Source of the DNA: Eledone cirrhosa
Lineage: Eukaryota
Direction: 5' to 3'
Assembly: GCA_964016885.1 (NCBI GenBank)
Contig: OZ024747.1
Location: 39,060,001-39,124,000 of the forward strand
Length of the DNA: 64,000 bases
The notes below the pieces were generated by a model. That model made no database searches. It was not told where the DNA came from and saw only the letters and a program-made list of their open reading frames with translations. Positions 35,001 to 47,487 of this stretch are shown here, piece after piece (the first letter of the stretch is position 1; every line of letters begins with the position of its first letter). The position numbers and the translations under genes are program-made.

Positions 35001-37775
35001 AGAATAGAGTCCATTAGATTTAGTAAGGCTTTAGCAATAGAGAAAAATAGAGCAGAGGGAAAATTAGTTAGAATATTAGACGAGGGGCTTAGCAAAGGCA
35101 TCACGACCGACATACTTGCGGCGAAATTGGCCCTTAACTAATTCTTCAATGCAAAGCACGATTGCTGCGTTGTCAGAGCTAGGGTGCGTGCTCTCAGACA
35201 CGAGGGGACGAAAGCTGTTCAATGGGCCCGAGTGGCAGAGGTGCGTCGTGGCAACAAAGCCACGATCCGGTCTTTGGTGGACCACGACGGGCGCATACTA
35301 CTCGATCCCGGGCAAATGTGTGAAGCTTTTCAGCGATAATTCGGGAGCAGCGGCGAACCGGATCGACTGATGGACTTTAGTGTTACCTCGACGGACTGCC
35401 GCGGCTCTCGGTCACTGAGGCGGAGTGCCGCGAAAAGCCGATAACAGTCGCTGAAGTACGGGAGGCAATGATTGTCTGCACAAGGGGTAAATCGCCTGGT
35501 TTGGATGGTCTGCCCTATGAACTTTACGTACAGATCCCAGACTTGTTCGGAGGCCTCTTGGCGGACGTCTACTAAAACTGGCAACATAACGGGAGAATTC
35601 CCAGCTCTGTGAGCCGAGGAGCGGTGGCACTGCTGAGAAAGGATCCGAACAAGGGGGATAACATAGATAATTTCAGGCCCATAACTCTGTTAAACACAGA
35701 GTTCAAGATTTTGACCAAGGTGGTAGCAAAGTGGTTGGCACTTGTCGTTAGTGGTCTGGTGGGAGAGGCGCAGACATGCGCCATTCCCGACAGATCCATC
35801 CACGACAACCTCCATCCCATGCGATACATCGTAGAGAGGGTAGCTAGGGAACCTAGAACGGGTGTGTCCTTGATCAATTTAGATCAGTCGAAAGCTTTCG
35901 ATAGGATTGAACATCGTTACGTAGCAGCAGCCATGAGGGCGGCTGGCTTTGGGCCCGTCTTCAGAGGCTGGATCGCTGCCATGTAAAGCGACATCTGCTC
36001 TGTGGTGAGAGTGAACGGTCACATTTCGGAACCGTCAAACATCATGCGCTCGGTCCTCCAAGGATGTCCACTCTCGTCCCTCTTGTACGTATTGACTCTC
36101 GAGCCATTACTGCACAAACTGGAGACGTTGAGGGGCGTCCCGCGCGAACTAGGATGCGGAAGATCCGTGTCAGCATATGCGGACGATGTCACCGTAGTGG
36201 TGTCGGCGCCAAACACATCGAGGCGATCGGCACTAAGAGAATACGAAGCGTTGACAGGAGCAATGATCAACCAGGAAAAGTCAGTAGGCCTGCAGCTCGG
36301 CATCTGGAGAGGCAGGTCCATGCCGTCCAACAGCGTCGTCGGGTGCTGGACGGACGGACCGGTTAAATTGCTAGGGGTCTGGTTCGGTCCGGATCTCCAG
36401 ACGGACAAAAACTGGGACGAGGTGACGAACAGGGTTGCTTCTCTCACCCAGAAATGGGCGGAGAGGAAGTTATCCCTGAAAGGTCGAGCGGAGGGGGCTA
36501 ACGCGTACATCGCGTCTGTCATCTGCTACCGCCTGACCGTCGTACCTTGTCCTAAGCCCCGCCTGACTGCGCTGGAGCGTTTGCTCTTTCGCATTTTATG
36601 GAAGGGACGCGCTCCGATGGTTTAGGCGGTCCATCTCCCGTGGAGGGCTGGGCGTGCCGTGGCTGATGATGCGCAGACACGCGCTCAGGCTATGACATCT
36701 CAACCTCTTCCTCGACGGTGATCAGGTGTGGTCGCCGTTTGCTAGACACGTATTTCCCCAGCTCGTTTCCTTGACGGAGCTGCAGTCCTGGGTCAAGCGA
36801 AGACCGAGAGTAGCCCCTGGAGACTGGAATGTCTTCAGGCGCTCACAGCCCTCGACCAAACGGGCAATGTGATCGGCATTTTATAGAGGATTAGTGGAGG
36901 GGAAGAGCGACGATGTACTTGCAGAAACTCTAGGCTCCGACGAAAATCAACTAGCCAATCTCTTCGGAAGCACTTTCGGGCCGGGGCCTATGGACAACTT
37001 CCAGAAATCTCTGGCCTGGCAGTGCTACCGAGGAGCCTTGCCAGTTCGGGATAAACTCTACAGGAATGGAGGTGCCGTCAGCCGGGCATGTCCGAGATAC
37101 GCGCAGGGCGACGAAACCGTCCTGCACGCACTCGTCCAATGTCCGAGCATTCCTGACTTGTTTTTTATGTCGAACACCTGCTGTCGCGTGTAGGACAGAT
37201 CTGAGTCCATCGTGAGGATTGCCCCGCCCTCTTCCTTTAGCCGGGAAGGGCAGGCAGTTTTTATCGGTCTGGTGGCCATGGCGAAAGCGATAGTATGGTG
37301 GACACGTTTGAAAGCGCTGAAGACGAGCACTTACCTCTTCGGTGATGCCCTGATTGACTTTTTCAAATTTCATTTGAAAAGGAAAATCAGAGTAGAGAGG
37401 GGAAAGCTCTCTTCCCAGCATTTTGTTGAAAGATGGGTGAGAGAAGCAAGAATGGCCCGAGTGAATGGGCCTACTCTGAGTATGTGTCTGTAAATTAAAA
37501 GTGGAAAACGGGGAGAGGGCACTTGCCTTGGTGGTCAGTGTCACTGTGGCCTTTTACTGGGCTTTCTCCACGAATGTCCCTCGGAAGTCTCCCCCCTATT
37601 GGGGAATTTTTTAATTGTTCTATTATTACATCCTCTGTTTCTTGTTTTTTACACACAGAAATGCCCAGTTGTACCGCCCTGTATTGTCCTGTACTGTCCT
37701 TAATGCATACTTTATGTAAACGCTTGTGGTTTATAAAGAAAGCATTATTATTATTATTAGTAGTAGTATTATTAT
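32062..37775 (+). mobile_element. Apparently full-length but inactivated L1/Tx1-like LINE
   Basis: 5' UTR, fragmented ORF1 (32280-34103), fragmented ORF2 (APE, RT YADD); closely similar to 48303-51722; (ATT)n on both sides. Confidence 0.9.
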
Positions 37776-37779
37776 TATT

Positions 37780-40220
37780 GTTCATTGAGTCTCCGTCATT
37801 GATGTTAGTTAACTGGAAAGTTTGTTGAAATGAATATACCTGCAGCCTCAGATATTCAGGACGTATCGGAGGGTTCTTGCTGTTCCCAGCAAGCATGCCT
37901 TTTGAAGTGTTCCAAAAAGCGGGCGGGGCCAATTTTCTTTAACCATCACTGGAAACCGTTTGAGATAGTACCTAATACGCCTATGACAATCGGGACCACT
38001 TTGACTCCATGGCAGTTCCAAATCCTTTTTACCTCCCACTTGAAGTCCTGGTATCGGTTAGTTTTCTCCCTCTCCTTCTCTTGCACTCTCGTGTCGAATG
38101 GGCAGGCCACATCCACAATCAGGTACGATCTTTTTTCCTTGTCCAAAATCACCAGGTCAGGTCTATTGTGTTCCAGTTTCTTGTCCGTCTGTATCCTAAC
38201 ATCCCACAGCACCTTCACCTGATCGTTTTCTATCACCGACTCTGGCTTATGCTCATACCACTTCTCAGAATGTGGTAAATTGTTTACTTTGCATAGGTGC
38301 CAGTGGATCACCCTGCCCATCACATCATGTCTCCAGCATTTATAGTTAGTCTGGGCTAGGTGTTTACACTCGGATACAATGTGAGCCACAGTCTCCTCTC
38401 TCTCTCCACAGATTCTGACAGTCCGCTAGCATCCTCCTCATAAATATGGTGTTTCAGCCACTTTGTTTTGAGGGTCTGCTCTTGCGCAGCCATTAGCATT
38501 CCTACTGTAACATTTTTAAGGTCTCCTCTTTTCAACCAGTTCCATGTCTGTGGATCTCTGAATTCAGTTTTCTCAAAGAAGGTACTATGAAGGGATTTTT
38601 CATGAAAGCTGCTCTTTCTCCTCGTTGTTATTTCCTCCTTGGAAATCTCCTAGTCTTTTGACCTCTCCTTCTGTACAATTCTGAGCATTGGCTCCTTACT
38701 ATCAGTCACGTATTCGTGTAGGTTGTTTTTCTCCATCTGAACACATTCCTCCATGCTGATAAGACTTCTTCCACCTTCAGATCTCCTTAAGTAGAGTCTA
38801 TCGACATCACTCCTCTTGTGGAACATGTTGTAGATAGTCAATAGCTTCCTAGTTCTTTTTGTTCAGCAACATTTCATCTCAGAATTCCCGCACTGTACCT
38901 AATAATAGACACAGCTCGGGAATTTACTGCACTAATGGCATTCCTACTGTTCAGATGTGACTTTAATACGCTCCTTACTCTCCGAATGTATTCAGATCTT
39001 ATCAATTCCTTCATTTTTTTGTTCTTGATATCATCAGCCTCCAGAACACCCAAATACTTGTATCCTTCTTCAGTGTCAATTTCCTTTATCATCTCACCTG
39101 TTGGAACCTGGATTCCGTTGCTCCTGCTCAATTTACCCCCTCTTCATAACAAGAAATCCACACTTACTAATACCAAATTGCATACATATATCATTGCTGA
39201 AAATACGGACAGTGTCAACAGGCACATCCAACTCCTTCTTACTCTTCCCGAAGAGCTTAAGATCGTCCATGAAGAAGAGGTGATTGATTGTAAGCTCTCC
39301 CTTTCCCAACTTGTATCCTGCTCTCACATTTCGCAGTATAATGGTCAGGGGCATCAGAGCAAGGACAAACAATAGAGGGGACAGACTATCTCCCCGGAAG
39401 ATACCTATCTTGATCATCACGCCTCCCAAGGATTCTCCAGCTAATGTTAACTCTGTTTTCCATGACATCATACTTTTGCTCAACAACTGCCTGATGTTAT
39501 CTGCCACCTTGAAGATCTCTAGGCTTTTGGTGATCCAAGAATGTGGTACCATGTCAAATGCCTTTTTGTAGTCTATCCATCCCATGGCAAGACCAGTGTG
39601 TCTCCTCTTGCAATTCCTCATTACCATCTTATCAATAAGTAACTGGTCCTTTGTACCACGTGACTTCTTTCGGCATCCTTTCTGTTCGTCCGTTAACAAG
39701 TTGTTTGTGTGGAGGTGATGGTAGATTTCCCCAGACATAATGCTTGTCAACAGTTTCCACATTACGGACAGACATGTGATAGGTCTATAGTTGGTAACAT
39801 CATTACCCTTGACTCGGCCTTTCATTACCAGAACTGTGGTACCTTTTGTCAATCACTCTGGTACCTCACCTGACATCAAGCAGTCATTGAAGATGGTTGT
39901 CAGTTTCGGGTGGAGGGATGTTATATTGTTAATCCAATACCCCTGCACACCATCTGGGCCTGGTGATTTCCAGTTGGTTAGTTTTTTGGCCTTCCCCTTA
40001 AGAGTTTCAACTGTGATACTCAAATCAGTTTGTTGGTGTGCCTGTTCACTAATCTCCTTTTGTACTGTCTCAATCCACACTGCCTGGTCATTATGTTTAA
40101 CATCCTGCTCCCATATTCCTCTCCAGAATGTCTTAGTTTGTTCCGCCTCAGGGATCAAGTCGTTGCCTCTTTCCTTCCCTTCAAGCTGTCCAAACAGCAT
40201 CTTCTGGTTGTTGTCAGACA
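37780..40220 (-). mobile_element. 5'-truncated, decayed R4/Dong-like family A copy
   Basis: Fragments with FMDD RT and RLE (RPD..VDVACP..K..RY); homologous to ~40545-43000. Confidence 0.9.
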
Positions 40221-40225
40221 ATTAT

Positions 40226-40510
40226 TATGTCGACTTTGCCTTTCATCCTTACGGGGTTCTCTACAATAAAGTACCAGTAATGCACTGGTTAATTGCTGGC
40301 CTTGTGCCTAAAGTAGAAACAATTATTATTATTATTATTATTTGGATTGGCAGTATCGGTAGAATTTACAGCATAGTTACGTCCCTTTACGATCTGAGTT
40401 CAAATCCCGCCGAGGTTAACTTTGCCGTTCATCCTTACGGGGACGATAAAATAATGTACCAGTAATGCACTGGATAATTGCTGGCCTGGTGCCTAAAGTA
40501 GAAACAATTC
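40226..40510 (+). mobile_element. Two tandem tRNA-derived SINE copies with (ATT)n tails
   Basis: 5'-truncated copy ~40226-40322 and fuller copy ~40342-40510 (TGGCAGTATCGG A box, GAGTTCAAATCC B box). Confidence 0.75.
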
Positions 40511-40619
40511 TTTTTATTATTATTATTATTATTGTTATTGTTATTCCTTGAATCTCAGTCATTGATGTTGGTTAACTGGAAAGTCCGTTGGATTGAATAT
40601 CAAGCCACTACCTGCAGCC

Positions 40620-41189
40620 TCAGATATTCAGGACGTATCGGAGGGTTCTTGCCGTTCCAAGCAAGCATGCCTTTTGAAGCGTTCCAAAAAGCGTGAAGGG
40701 GCCGATTTTCTTTAACCATCCCTGGAAACCTTTGGAGATAGTCCCCAATGCGCCTATGACAATCGGGATCACTTTGACTTCATGGCAGTTCCAAATCCTT
40801 TTCACCTCCCACTTTAGGTCCTGGTATCGGTTAATTTTCTCCCTCTCCTTCTCTTGCACTCTCGTGTCGAACGGGCAGGCCACATCCACAATCAGGCACG
40901 ATCTTTTTTCTTTGTCCACAACCACCAGGTCAGGTCTATTGTGTTCCAGTTTTTTGTCCGTCTGTATCCTAAAATCCCACAGCACCTTCACCTGACTGTT
41001 CTCCATCACCGCCTCTGGCCTATGCTCATACCATTTCTCAGAATGTGGTAGATTGTTTACTTTGCACAGGTGCCAGTGGATCACCCTGCCCATCACATCG
41101 TGTCTCCAGCCCTTATAGTGGGTCTGGGCTAGGTGTTTACACTCGGACACAATGTGGGCCACAGTCTCCTCTCTCCACAGATCCTGCAC
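40620..41189 (-). CDS. R4/Dong-like C-terminus: CCHC half + restriction-like endonuclease
   Basis: ETVAHIVSEC, RHD, RPD..VDVACP..EK..RY (PD-(D/E)xK); continuation of 41129-44008 after a frameshift. Confidence 0.88.
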   Translation of the reverse strand: MQDLWREETVAHIVSECKHLAQTHYKGWRHDVMGRVIHWHLCKVNNLPHSEKWYEHRPEAVMENSQVKVLWDFRIQTDKKLEHNRPDLVVVDKEKRSCLIVDVACPFDTRVQEKEREKINRYQDLKWEVKRIWNCHEVKVIPIVIGALGTISKGFQGWLKKIGPFTLFGTLQKACLLGTARTLRYVLNI

Positions 41190-44008
41190 AGTGGGCTAGC
41201 CTCCTCCTTGTAGATATGGTGCTTCAACCACTTCGTTTTGAGGGCCTGCTCCTGCGCAGCCATTAGCATTCCTTCTGTAGCCTTTTTGAGGTCTCCTCTT
41301 CTCAACCAGTTCCATGTCTGTGGATCTCTAAATTCAGTTTTCTCAAAGAAGGTACTATGAAGGGATTTTCCCTTAAGGCTGCTCTTCCTCCTTGATGTTA
41401 TTTCCTCCTTGGATATCCCCTGGCCTACTGTCCCCTCCTTCAGTACAGCTCTGAGCATTGGCTCCTTACTATAGGTCACGTATTTGTATAGGTTGTTTTT
41501 CACCATCTGAACACAGTCCTCTATGCTGATAAGACCTCTTCCACCCTCAGATCTCCTTAGGTAGAGTCTATCGACATCACTCCTCTTGTGGAACATGTTG
41601 TAGATAGTCAATAGCCTCCTAGTCCTCCTATCCATTTCTTTTTGTTCAGCAACATTCCATCTCAGAATTCCCGCACTGTACCTAATAATAGACACAGCTC
41701 GGGAATTTACTGCGCTTATGGCATTTCTGCTGTTCAGATGTGACTTCAATACGCTCCTTACTCTCCGAATGTATTCAGTTCTTAACAATTCCTTCATTTT
41801 TTTGTTCTTTATGCCATCAGCCTCCAGAACGCCCAAATACTTGTATCCTTCCTCAGAGTCAATTTCCTTTATCATCTCACCTGTTGGTATCTGGATCCCG
41901 TTACTTCTGCTCAACCTACCCCTCCTCATCACAATGACTCCACATTTACCAATACCAAACTGCATACATATATCACTGCTGAAAATACGGACAGTGTCAA
42001 CAAGCACATCCAACTCCTTCTCACTTTTCCCGAAGAGCTTAAGATCGTCCATGAAGAGGAGGTGATTGATGGTAAGCTCTCCCCTTCCCAACTTGTATCC
42101 TGCTCTCACTTTTCGCAGCATAATGGTCAAGGGCATCAGGGCAAGGACAAACAACAGAGGGGACAGGCTATCTCCCTGGAAGATACCTCTCTTGATCTTC
42201 ACGCTTCCCAAGGATACTCCAGTTGATGTCAACTCTGTCTCCCAGGACCCCATACTCCTGCCCAGCAACTGTCTGATGTTATCTGCCACCCTGAAGATCT
42301 CCAGGCTTTTGGTGATCCAGGAATGAGGCACCATGTCAAATGCCTTTCTGTAGTCTATCCATCCCATGGCAAGATCAGTGTGTCTCCTCCTGCAATTCCC
42401 CATTACCATCTTATCAATAAGCAACTGGTCCTTTGTACCACGTGACTTCTTTCGGCATCCTTTCTGTTCGTCCGGTAACAAGTTGTTTGTGTGGAGGTGA
42501 TGGTAGATTTCCTCAGACACAATGCTCGTCAACAGTTTCCACATTACGGGCAGACATGTGATAGGTCTATAGTTGGTAACATCATTACCCTTGCTTCGGT
42601 CTTTCATTATCAGAACTGTGGTACCTTTTGTCAACCACTCTGGCACCTCACCCGACACCAAGCAGTCATTGAACATGGCCGTCAGCTTCGGGTGGAGGGA
42701 TGTTAAATGTTTAATCCAATACCCCTGCACACCATCTGGGCCTGGTGATTTCCAGTTGGTTAGTTTTTTGGCTTGCCCCTTAAGAGTTTCAACTGTGATA
42801 CTCAAATCAGTCTGTTGTTGTGCCTGCTCACCGATCTCCCTCTGTACTGTCTCAATCCACCCTGCCTGGGCATTGTGTCTAACATCCTGCTCCCATATTC
42901 CTCTCCAGAATGTTTTAGCTTGTTCCGCCCCAGGGATCAAGTCGTTGCCTCTTTCTTTCCCCTCAAGCTGTCCAAACAGCATCTTCTGGTTGTTGTCGAA
43001 CATGCGGTTCTGTTTATACTGACTGACTCTGTTCTCGTATCGCCTGATTTTGGCACTCTTTACTACAATGCGTTGCTTAAATTCCTCTATGATAATATTT
43101 AGCTTTTTACTCCTAGTTTTGTATTTTATTTCCAGTCTATTTTTAGTGCCTATGTTTTTTAGTGTCCCATTCAGTAGTGACTCAAGCTTTCCTATGTCAT
43201 TTCTCATTTCCCCGATTTGCCCACTCAGTCGCTTCTTCCACCACGGCTCTGCTCTTTCTTGTCTGTTGTTTCCTCTCGCTTTTATACCAAGTAGTTTCCT
43301 CACCGTATTTGCTGTTGCTTTGAGGATATTGTTGCACTGGTGAAGACTCCTCGCCTCAAGGTATGGGATGACTTTGTTTACCTTAGCTGTTGTTTCTTTT
43401 AACTTTTTCCTGTCTACAAATCTTAGGTTCATAGGTCTCCCACTATCATTGTTCAACTCATCTACCACTAAATTTAGGATGTCAACCGAATCTTGTCCTA
43501 GCCCGTCAGCATTCATCTCCTCAGTGGCCGTATCTCTGTTCCAGGTATTATTTATCTCAGTATTCAGATCATTGTCTGCTTCGGGTGGTTCCTCCGTTCT
43601 CAGGACCTCCTCACCTTCATTTCCCGCCGGCTCGCTTGTCTGGCATACTACACCCGCCATCTCCAAGCCATTCTCTCTGCTCAGTTCCTCCAGTTCCAGC
43701 TCGCTTATCCACCCATTAGTTCTTATTACCCGAGCCTGCCCGGCCAATTTTTGTTCATCTAATTTAAATAAACCAATCTCGTTCCAGATGTTATGCATCC
43801 GTCTCCTGTAGCCCCTCTCCTTGGGGTTACTTTTCAGGTAGCATTGCATAACAGTTCTATTCAATTCTTTCGTCCAGTTGGTTCTGGCCCCTTTCCTTCT
43901 TCTTCTTCCTCCAACATCAGCAGTATTTGGTTGACAGTCAGGTTCCTGCTGCTGAGCCAGGGGGCACCTGTTGGGTGAGAGTCTGTCACATGACGTTCTA
44001 GTCTCCAT
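41129..44008 (-). CDS. R4/Dong-like RT protein, N-terminal part (Myb-like + RT), frameshifted at the zinc knuckle
   Basis: WTKELN...GYRRRM Myb-like domain; SPGPDG, NYRPI, DYRKAFD, QGDSLSP, FMDD, YKYLG. Confidence 0.9.
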   Translation of the reverse strand: METRTSCDRLSPNRCPLAQQQEPDCQPNTADVGGRRRRKGARTNWTKELNRTVMQCYLKSNPKERGYRRRMHNIWNEIGLFKLDEQKLAGQARVIRTNGWISELELEELSRENGLEMAGVVCQTSEPAGNEGEEVLRTEEPPEADNDLNTEINNTWNRDTATEEMNADGLGQDSVDILNLVVDELNNDSGRPMNLRFVDRKKLKETTAKVNKVIPYLEARSLHQCNNILKATANTVRKLLGIKARGNNRQERAEPWWKKRLSGQIGEMRNDIGKLESLLNGTLKNIGTKNRLEIKYKTRSKKLNIIIEEFKQRIVVKSAKIRRYENRVSQYKQNRMFDNNQKMLFGQLEGKERGNDLIPGAEQAKTFWRGIWEQDVRHNAQAGWIETVQREIGEQAQQQTDLSITVETLKGQAKKLTNWKSPGPDGVQGYWIKHLTSLHPKLTAMFNDCLVSGEVPEWLTKGTTVLIMKDRSKGNDVTNYRPITCLPVMWKLLTSIVSEEIYHHLHTNNLLPDEQKGCRKKSRGTKDQLLIDKMVMGNCRRRHTDLAMGWIDYRKAFDMVPHSWITKSLEIFRVADNIRQLLGRSMGSWETELTSTGVSLGSVKIKRGIFQGDSLSPLLFVLALMPLTIMLRKVRAGYKLGRGELTINHLLFMDDLKLFGKSEKELDVLVDTVRIFSSDICMQFGIGKCGVIVMRRGRLSRSNGIQIPTGEMIKEIDSEEGYKYLGVLEADGIKNKKMKELLRTEYIRRVRSVLKSHLNSRNAISAVNSRAVSIIRYSAGILRWNVAEQKEMDRRTRRLLTIYNMFHKRSDVDRLYLRRSEGGRGLISIEDCVQMVKNNLYKYVTYSKEPMLRAVLKEGTVGQGISKEEITSRRKSSLKGKSLHSTFFEKTEFRDPQTWNWLRRGDLKKATEGMLMAAQEQALKTKWLKHHIYKEEASPLCRICGERRLWPTLCPSVNT

Positions 44009-44373
44009 TTCACCGTTATTCGAACTGTTTATGTTCGATATTTAAACACTCTTATCGAGGATTGGCGAACGTATGTTTACATAGCCATCTGTGGATCCGC
44101 CATCCCACTTGGCCCTTGTGTGGCATTATCACCACGCTGTATACGGACACACATAAACAAACAAACACACGGGCAGAAAGGGCCCCAAAAATGAATAAGC
44201 ATAAGTTTCATTGTAATGTAGTATTCGAATGTCTGACTTAGTTTTTGTTTTTTAAGTTTTACTTTTTCCCCCCTCTTCTCTGTCCGTCCGCCTGCTTCTC
44301 TCTTCATTCTTATTTTCTTTACGTTTTGGGGGTTTCTTTTTTTGTTTTTGTTTTTCTCTGTTCGTTTTTCTCG

Positions 44374-44381
<8 letters not shown>

Positions 44382-44465
<84 letters not shown>
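44382..44465. repeat. (ATT)n microsatellite (others at ~32032-32061, 37744-37780, 40322-40343, 40515-40545, 47186-47260, 47440-47470, 51985-52059)
   Basis: Direct reading. Confidence 0.95.
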
Positions 44466-44466
<1 letters not shown>

Positions 44467-47168
44467 GTTGCATTTATCTTGCTTTATGTTCATACGAGTT
44501 ATCACTAAGTCACAACCAGTGACCTCAAGAGACAACAAGGTTCGCCATGTTCAAGAAAGGACATACATACACACACATGCATCTTTAGATGCTTAGACTT
44601 GTGATGTACTTATATTGACAGAATCTTCCTTAGTATATGGGCAGTTCCCATTAGTACTATCTTTTGTATTTCTCCTATACGCGGGTTTCCTGGGATTTGC
44701 GATAAGTAGTCATTAGACCCCTTAGGTATCATTCCTAGAGTGCCTACAACCACTGGTTTTGTTTTAGTTCTCAATTTCCACATTTTTCCAATTTCTATCT
44801 CCCGGTCCTTATACTTGCTCAATTTTTCAAATGTTTTTATAGATACATTCTTGTCCCTTGGAACGCACATATCAATTAGCAGGCATACCCTCTTTTTAAA
44901 GTCCTTCAGTATTATATCAGGTCTATTTGCATCTATTTTTCGGTCTGTTTGGATGCTATAGTTGCACAAGATTGAGATGTGATCTTTTTCATGTATGGGA
45001 GGTGGTTGATGCTCCCACTAATTCTTTTGATGGGGCAGGTCAAAATGCTTACACATTACCCAATGTATGTATTGTGCAGCTCTGTCATGCCTGTTTAGGT
45101 ATTCGGTTGGAGCTATAGGACTGTACATTGAAATTATATGGTCAATGGTCTCTGGTTATTTTTTACGTACACGGCATAATGGGCTGCATCCATATGTTAT
45201 TACGTTGGCTTCGTAATTTTTTGTTGGTAGACACTGATCTTGTGCTGATATAATCAGGCCTTCAGTCTCCGATTTCAGTCCAGAGAATGCCAACCACTGA
45301 TGGGTTAAAGTTTTGTCAACATCAGGATTGTTAGCTCGTTCTGGGTATTTTCCATACAGAGGCTTTTCTTGCCATTTCTTAGCCAGTTTCTGTAGCAGTT
45401 CTTTCTTTGCAGTTACTTTTACCTGCTTTGCTTTTTCTGTGTTTTCCATTTCAGCAGTAAATGGGACTTCTGAAATGTGTAGTCCATTACTGTATCTTTG
45501 TGCATCTTTTGTAATGGAGTATGATCTTTTGATGCTTTCGTGTTTCAAAACGAGCTTGATCATCCAATCATGTGATTCCCTTAGATATGTACATAATCCA
45601 ATTGTTGCAGTTTTCAACGCAATGTCTAACTGGATTAACCCACGTCCCCCTTCTTTCCTAGGGAGATATATTCTATCTGTATCTGCCTTAGGGTGATGCA
45701 TTCTGTACATGGTTAAGAATTTTCGAATTTTTGTATCGAGCCTACGGATCTCTGTGCTTGACCAGTTGATGACATTGTAACTGTAGGTTACTACTGGTAT
45801 GGCAAGCGTGTTTATGGCATCGATCATATTCCTTGCATTCAATTCCGTTCTTAAGATTGCTCTTACTCTGCGGTAACATTCCTTCCTTATCCTTTCCCTC
45901 ATTGTCGAGTACTTGCTTCCGTCTCCTTCACAAACACCTAGATATGTGTAAGTTTCCTCTTGATCACGTTCTCCTATCACATTCCCCCGATCAAGATTAA
46001 TGTCTGAACTTTACAGCAGCTTTCCTCTGGTGAACGTTGCTTTCTCGCATTTATCTAGTCCAAACTCCATTTTAATGTCATCACTGAACTCCTCCACAGT
46101 GCATAATAGCCCTAGCAATTGTTCATCGTTTTTTGCAAATAGTTTCAAGTCATCCATGTAGAACAAGTGATTAATGGTTTTGTCATAGATTTTATATCCA
46201 TGTTTTGTTTCATTGAGCATTTTACTTAATGGTATAAGTGCGATGCAGAATAAAAGCGGTGATAAAGAGTCACCCTGAAAAATTCCACAATTAATATTAA
46301 CTTCTCCAGCTTCCAGTGATTTTGTCGTTGTCCATGTCTTCATACTGAATGACAAAAACCTCCTGACAACGGGAGATATTTTGAAAATCTCTAAACATTT
46401 TTCAATCCAACTGTGTGGCAAATTATCGAATGCTTTTTTATAATCTATCCAAGCAATTGATATATTTTTGTGTCTATTATGACAATCTTCCAGTATCATT
46501 TTGTTAACCAAAAGCTGATCCTTACAGCCATGTGAGCCTCGTTTACACCCTTTCTGCTCAATGGGAAATAGGTCATTTGTTATCAGGTGGTCATATGTAT
46601 ATTCAGTTAGGACTGATGTTAAAATGTTATACATTATGGTGAAGCAAGTTATCGGTCTGTAATTTTGGGGATTGTTTGTCTCATCATTCTTTGGAAGCAG
46701 GAATGTAATGCCGTTAACCAGCCATGATGGTATCTTTTCTGGCTCCTTAACTATTTCATTGTAAAGTTGGGCTAACAGCTCATGAAATTCTGTGAAGGCA
46801 TTTATTCCAAAAATTTGTATTTTTCTTTTCCTGGGGATTTCCATTTGCTGGTTTTTCTAAGAGCCAAACGCAACTGTTCAACGGTTATTTTTTCCCATAT
46901 TTGTTCCTCAAGGTGAGCTGTATCTTTCATTTGTCTGTCTATCCATGGGGAATGTATATTATGAACTTTTTCTTCGGCCCAGATCTTTTCCCAGAATTCT
47001 TGCACTCCCTCCTTGGGTGGTATTGATTTAGCAGTTACTGTTGACTTACCAATTTTTCTGTAGAAGTTTCTTTGGTTGTTTTTGAACATATTATTGTCCT
47101 TATAGAATCTAGATCGTTTTTCAAAGCGTCTTATACGAGCAGCTTTGGCCGACACCTTTTGCTTGATT
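44466..47168 (-). mobile_element. 5'-truncated R4/Dong-like family B copy
   Basis: Fragmented RT (QGDSLSP, YMDD; 46011-46844), CRV..ETIDH knuckle, RLE RPD..IDMCVP..K..KY (44610-44969); (ATT)n at both flanks. Confidence 0.9.
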
Positions 47169-47185
47169 ATTTCTTCTTCTTCTTC

Positions 47186-47223
<38 letters not shown>

Positions 47224-47267
47224 TTTTTATTTTATTTTTTTTTATTATTATTATTATTATTGCCATC

Positions 47268-47441
47268 GTTATTCCTTGAATCTCAGTCATTGATGTTGGT
47301 TAACTGGAAAGTCCGTTGGATTGAATATCAAGCCACTACCTGCAGCCTCAGATATTCAGGACGTATCGGAGGGTTCTTGCTGTTCCAAGCAAGCATGCCT
47401 TTTGAAGCGTTCCAAAAAGCGTGAAGGGGCCGATTTTCTTT
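47268..47441 (-). mobile_element. Extremely 5'-truncated R4/Dong family A 3' end
   Basis: Nearly identical to ~40540-40712 (KKIGPFTLFGTLQKACLLGTARTLRYVLNI* + 3' UTR); lies between two (ATT)n tracts. Confidence 0.9.
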
Positions 47442-47487
47442 ATTATTATTATTATTATTAGTATTATAATCAAAAACAGCAGCAGCA

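Larger units (their letters stand above)
40543..44230 (-). mobile_element. Near-intact R4/Dong-like non-LTR retrotransposon (family A)
   Basis: Single long ORF (Myb-like N-terminus, RT, CCHC, RLE), short 3' UTR running into (AAT)n on its sense strand; 5' boundary uncertain. Confidence 0.9.

Noticed and set aside
41718-43978. Plus-strand ORFs opposite the Dong RT (and minus-strand ORFs opposite Tx1 ORF2)
   Set aside because: Antisense shadows of real ORFs with no motifs
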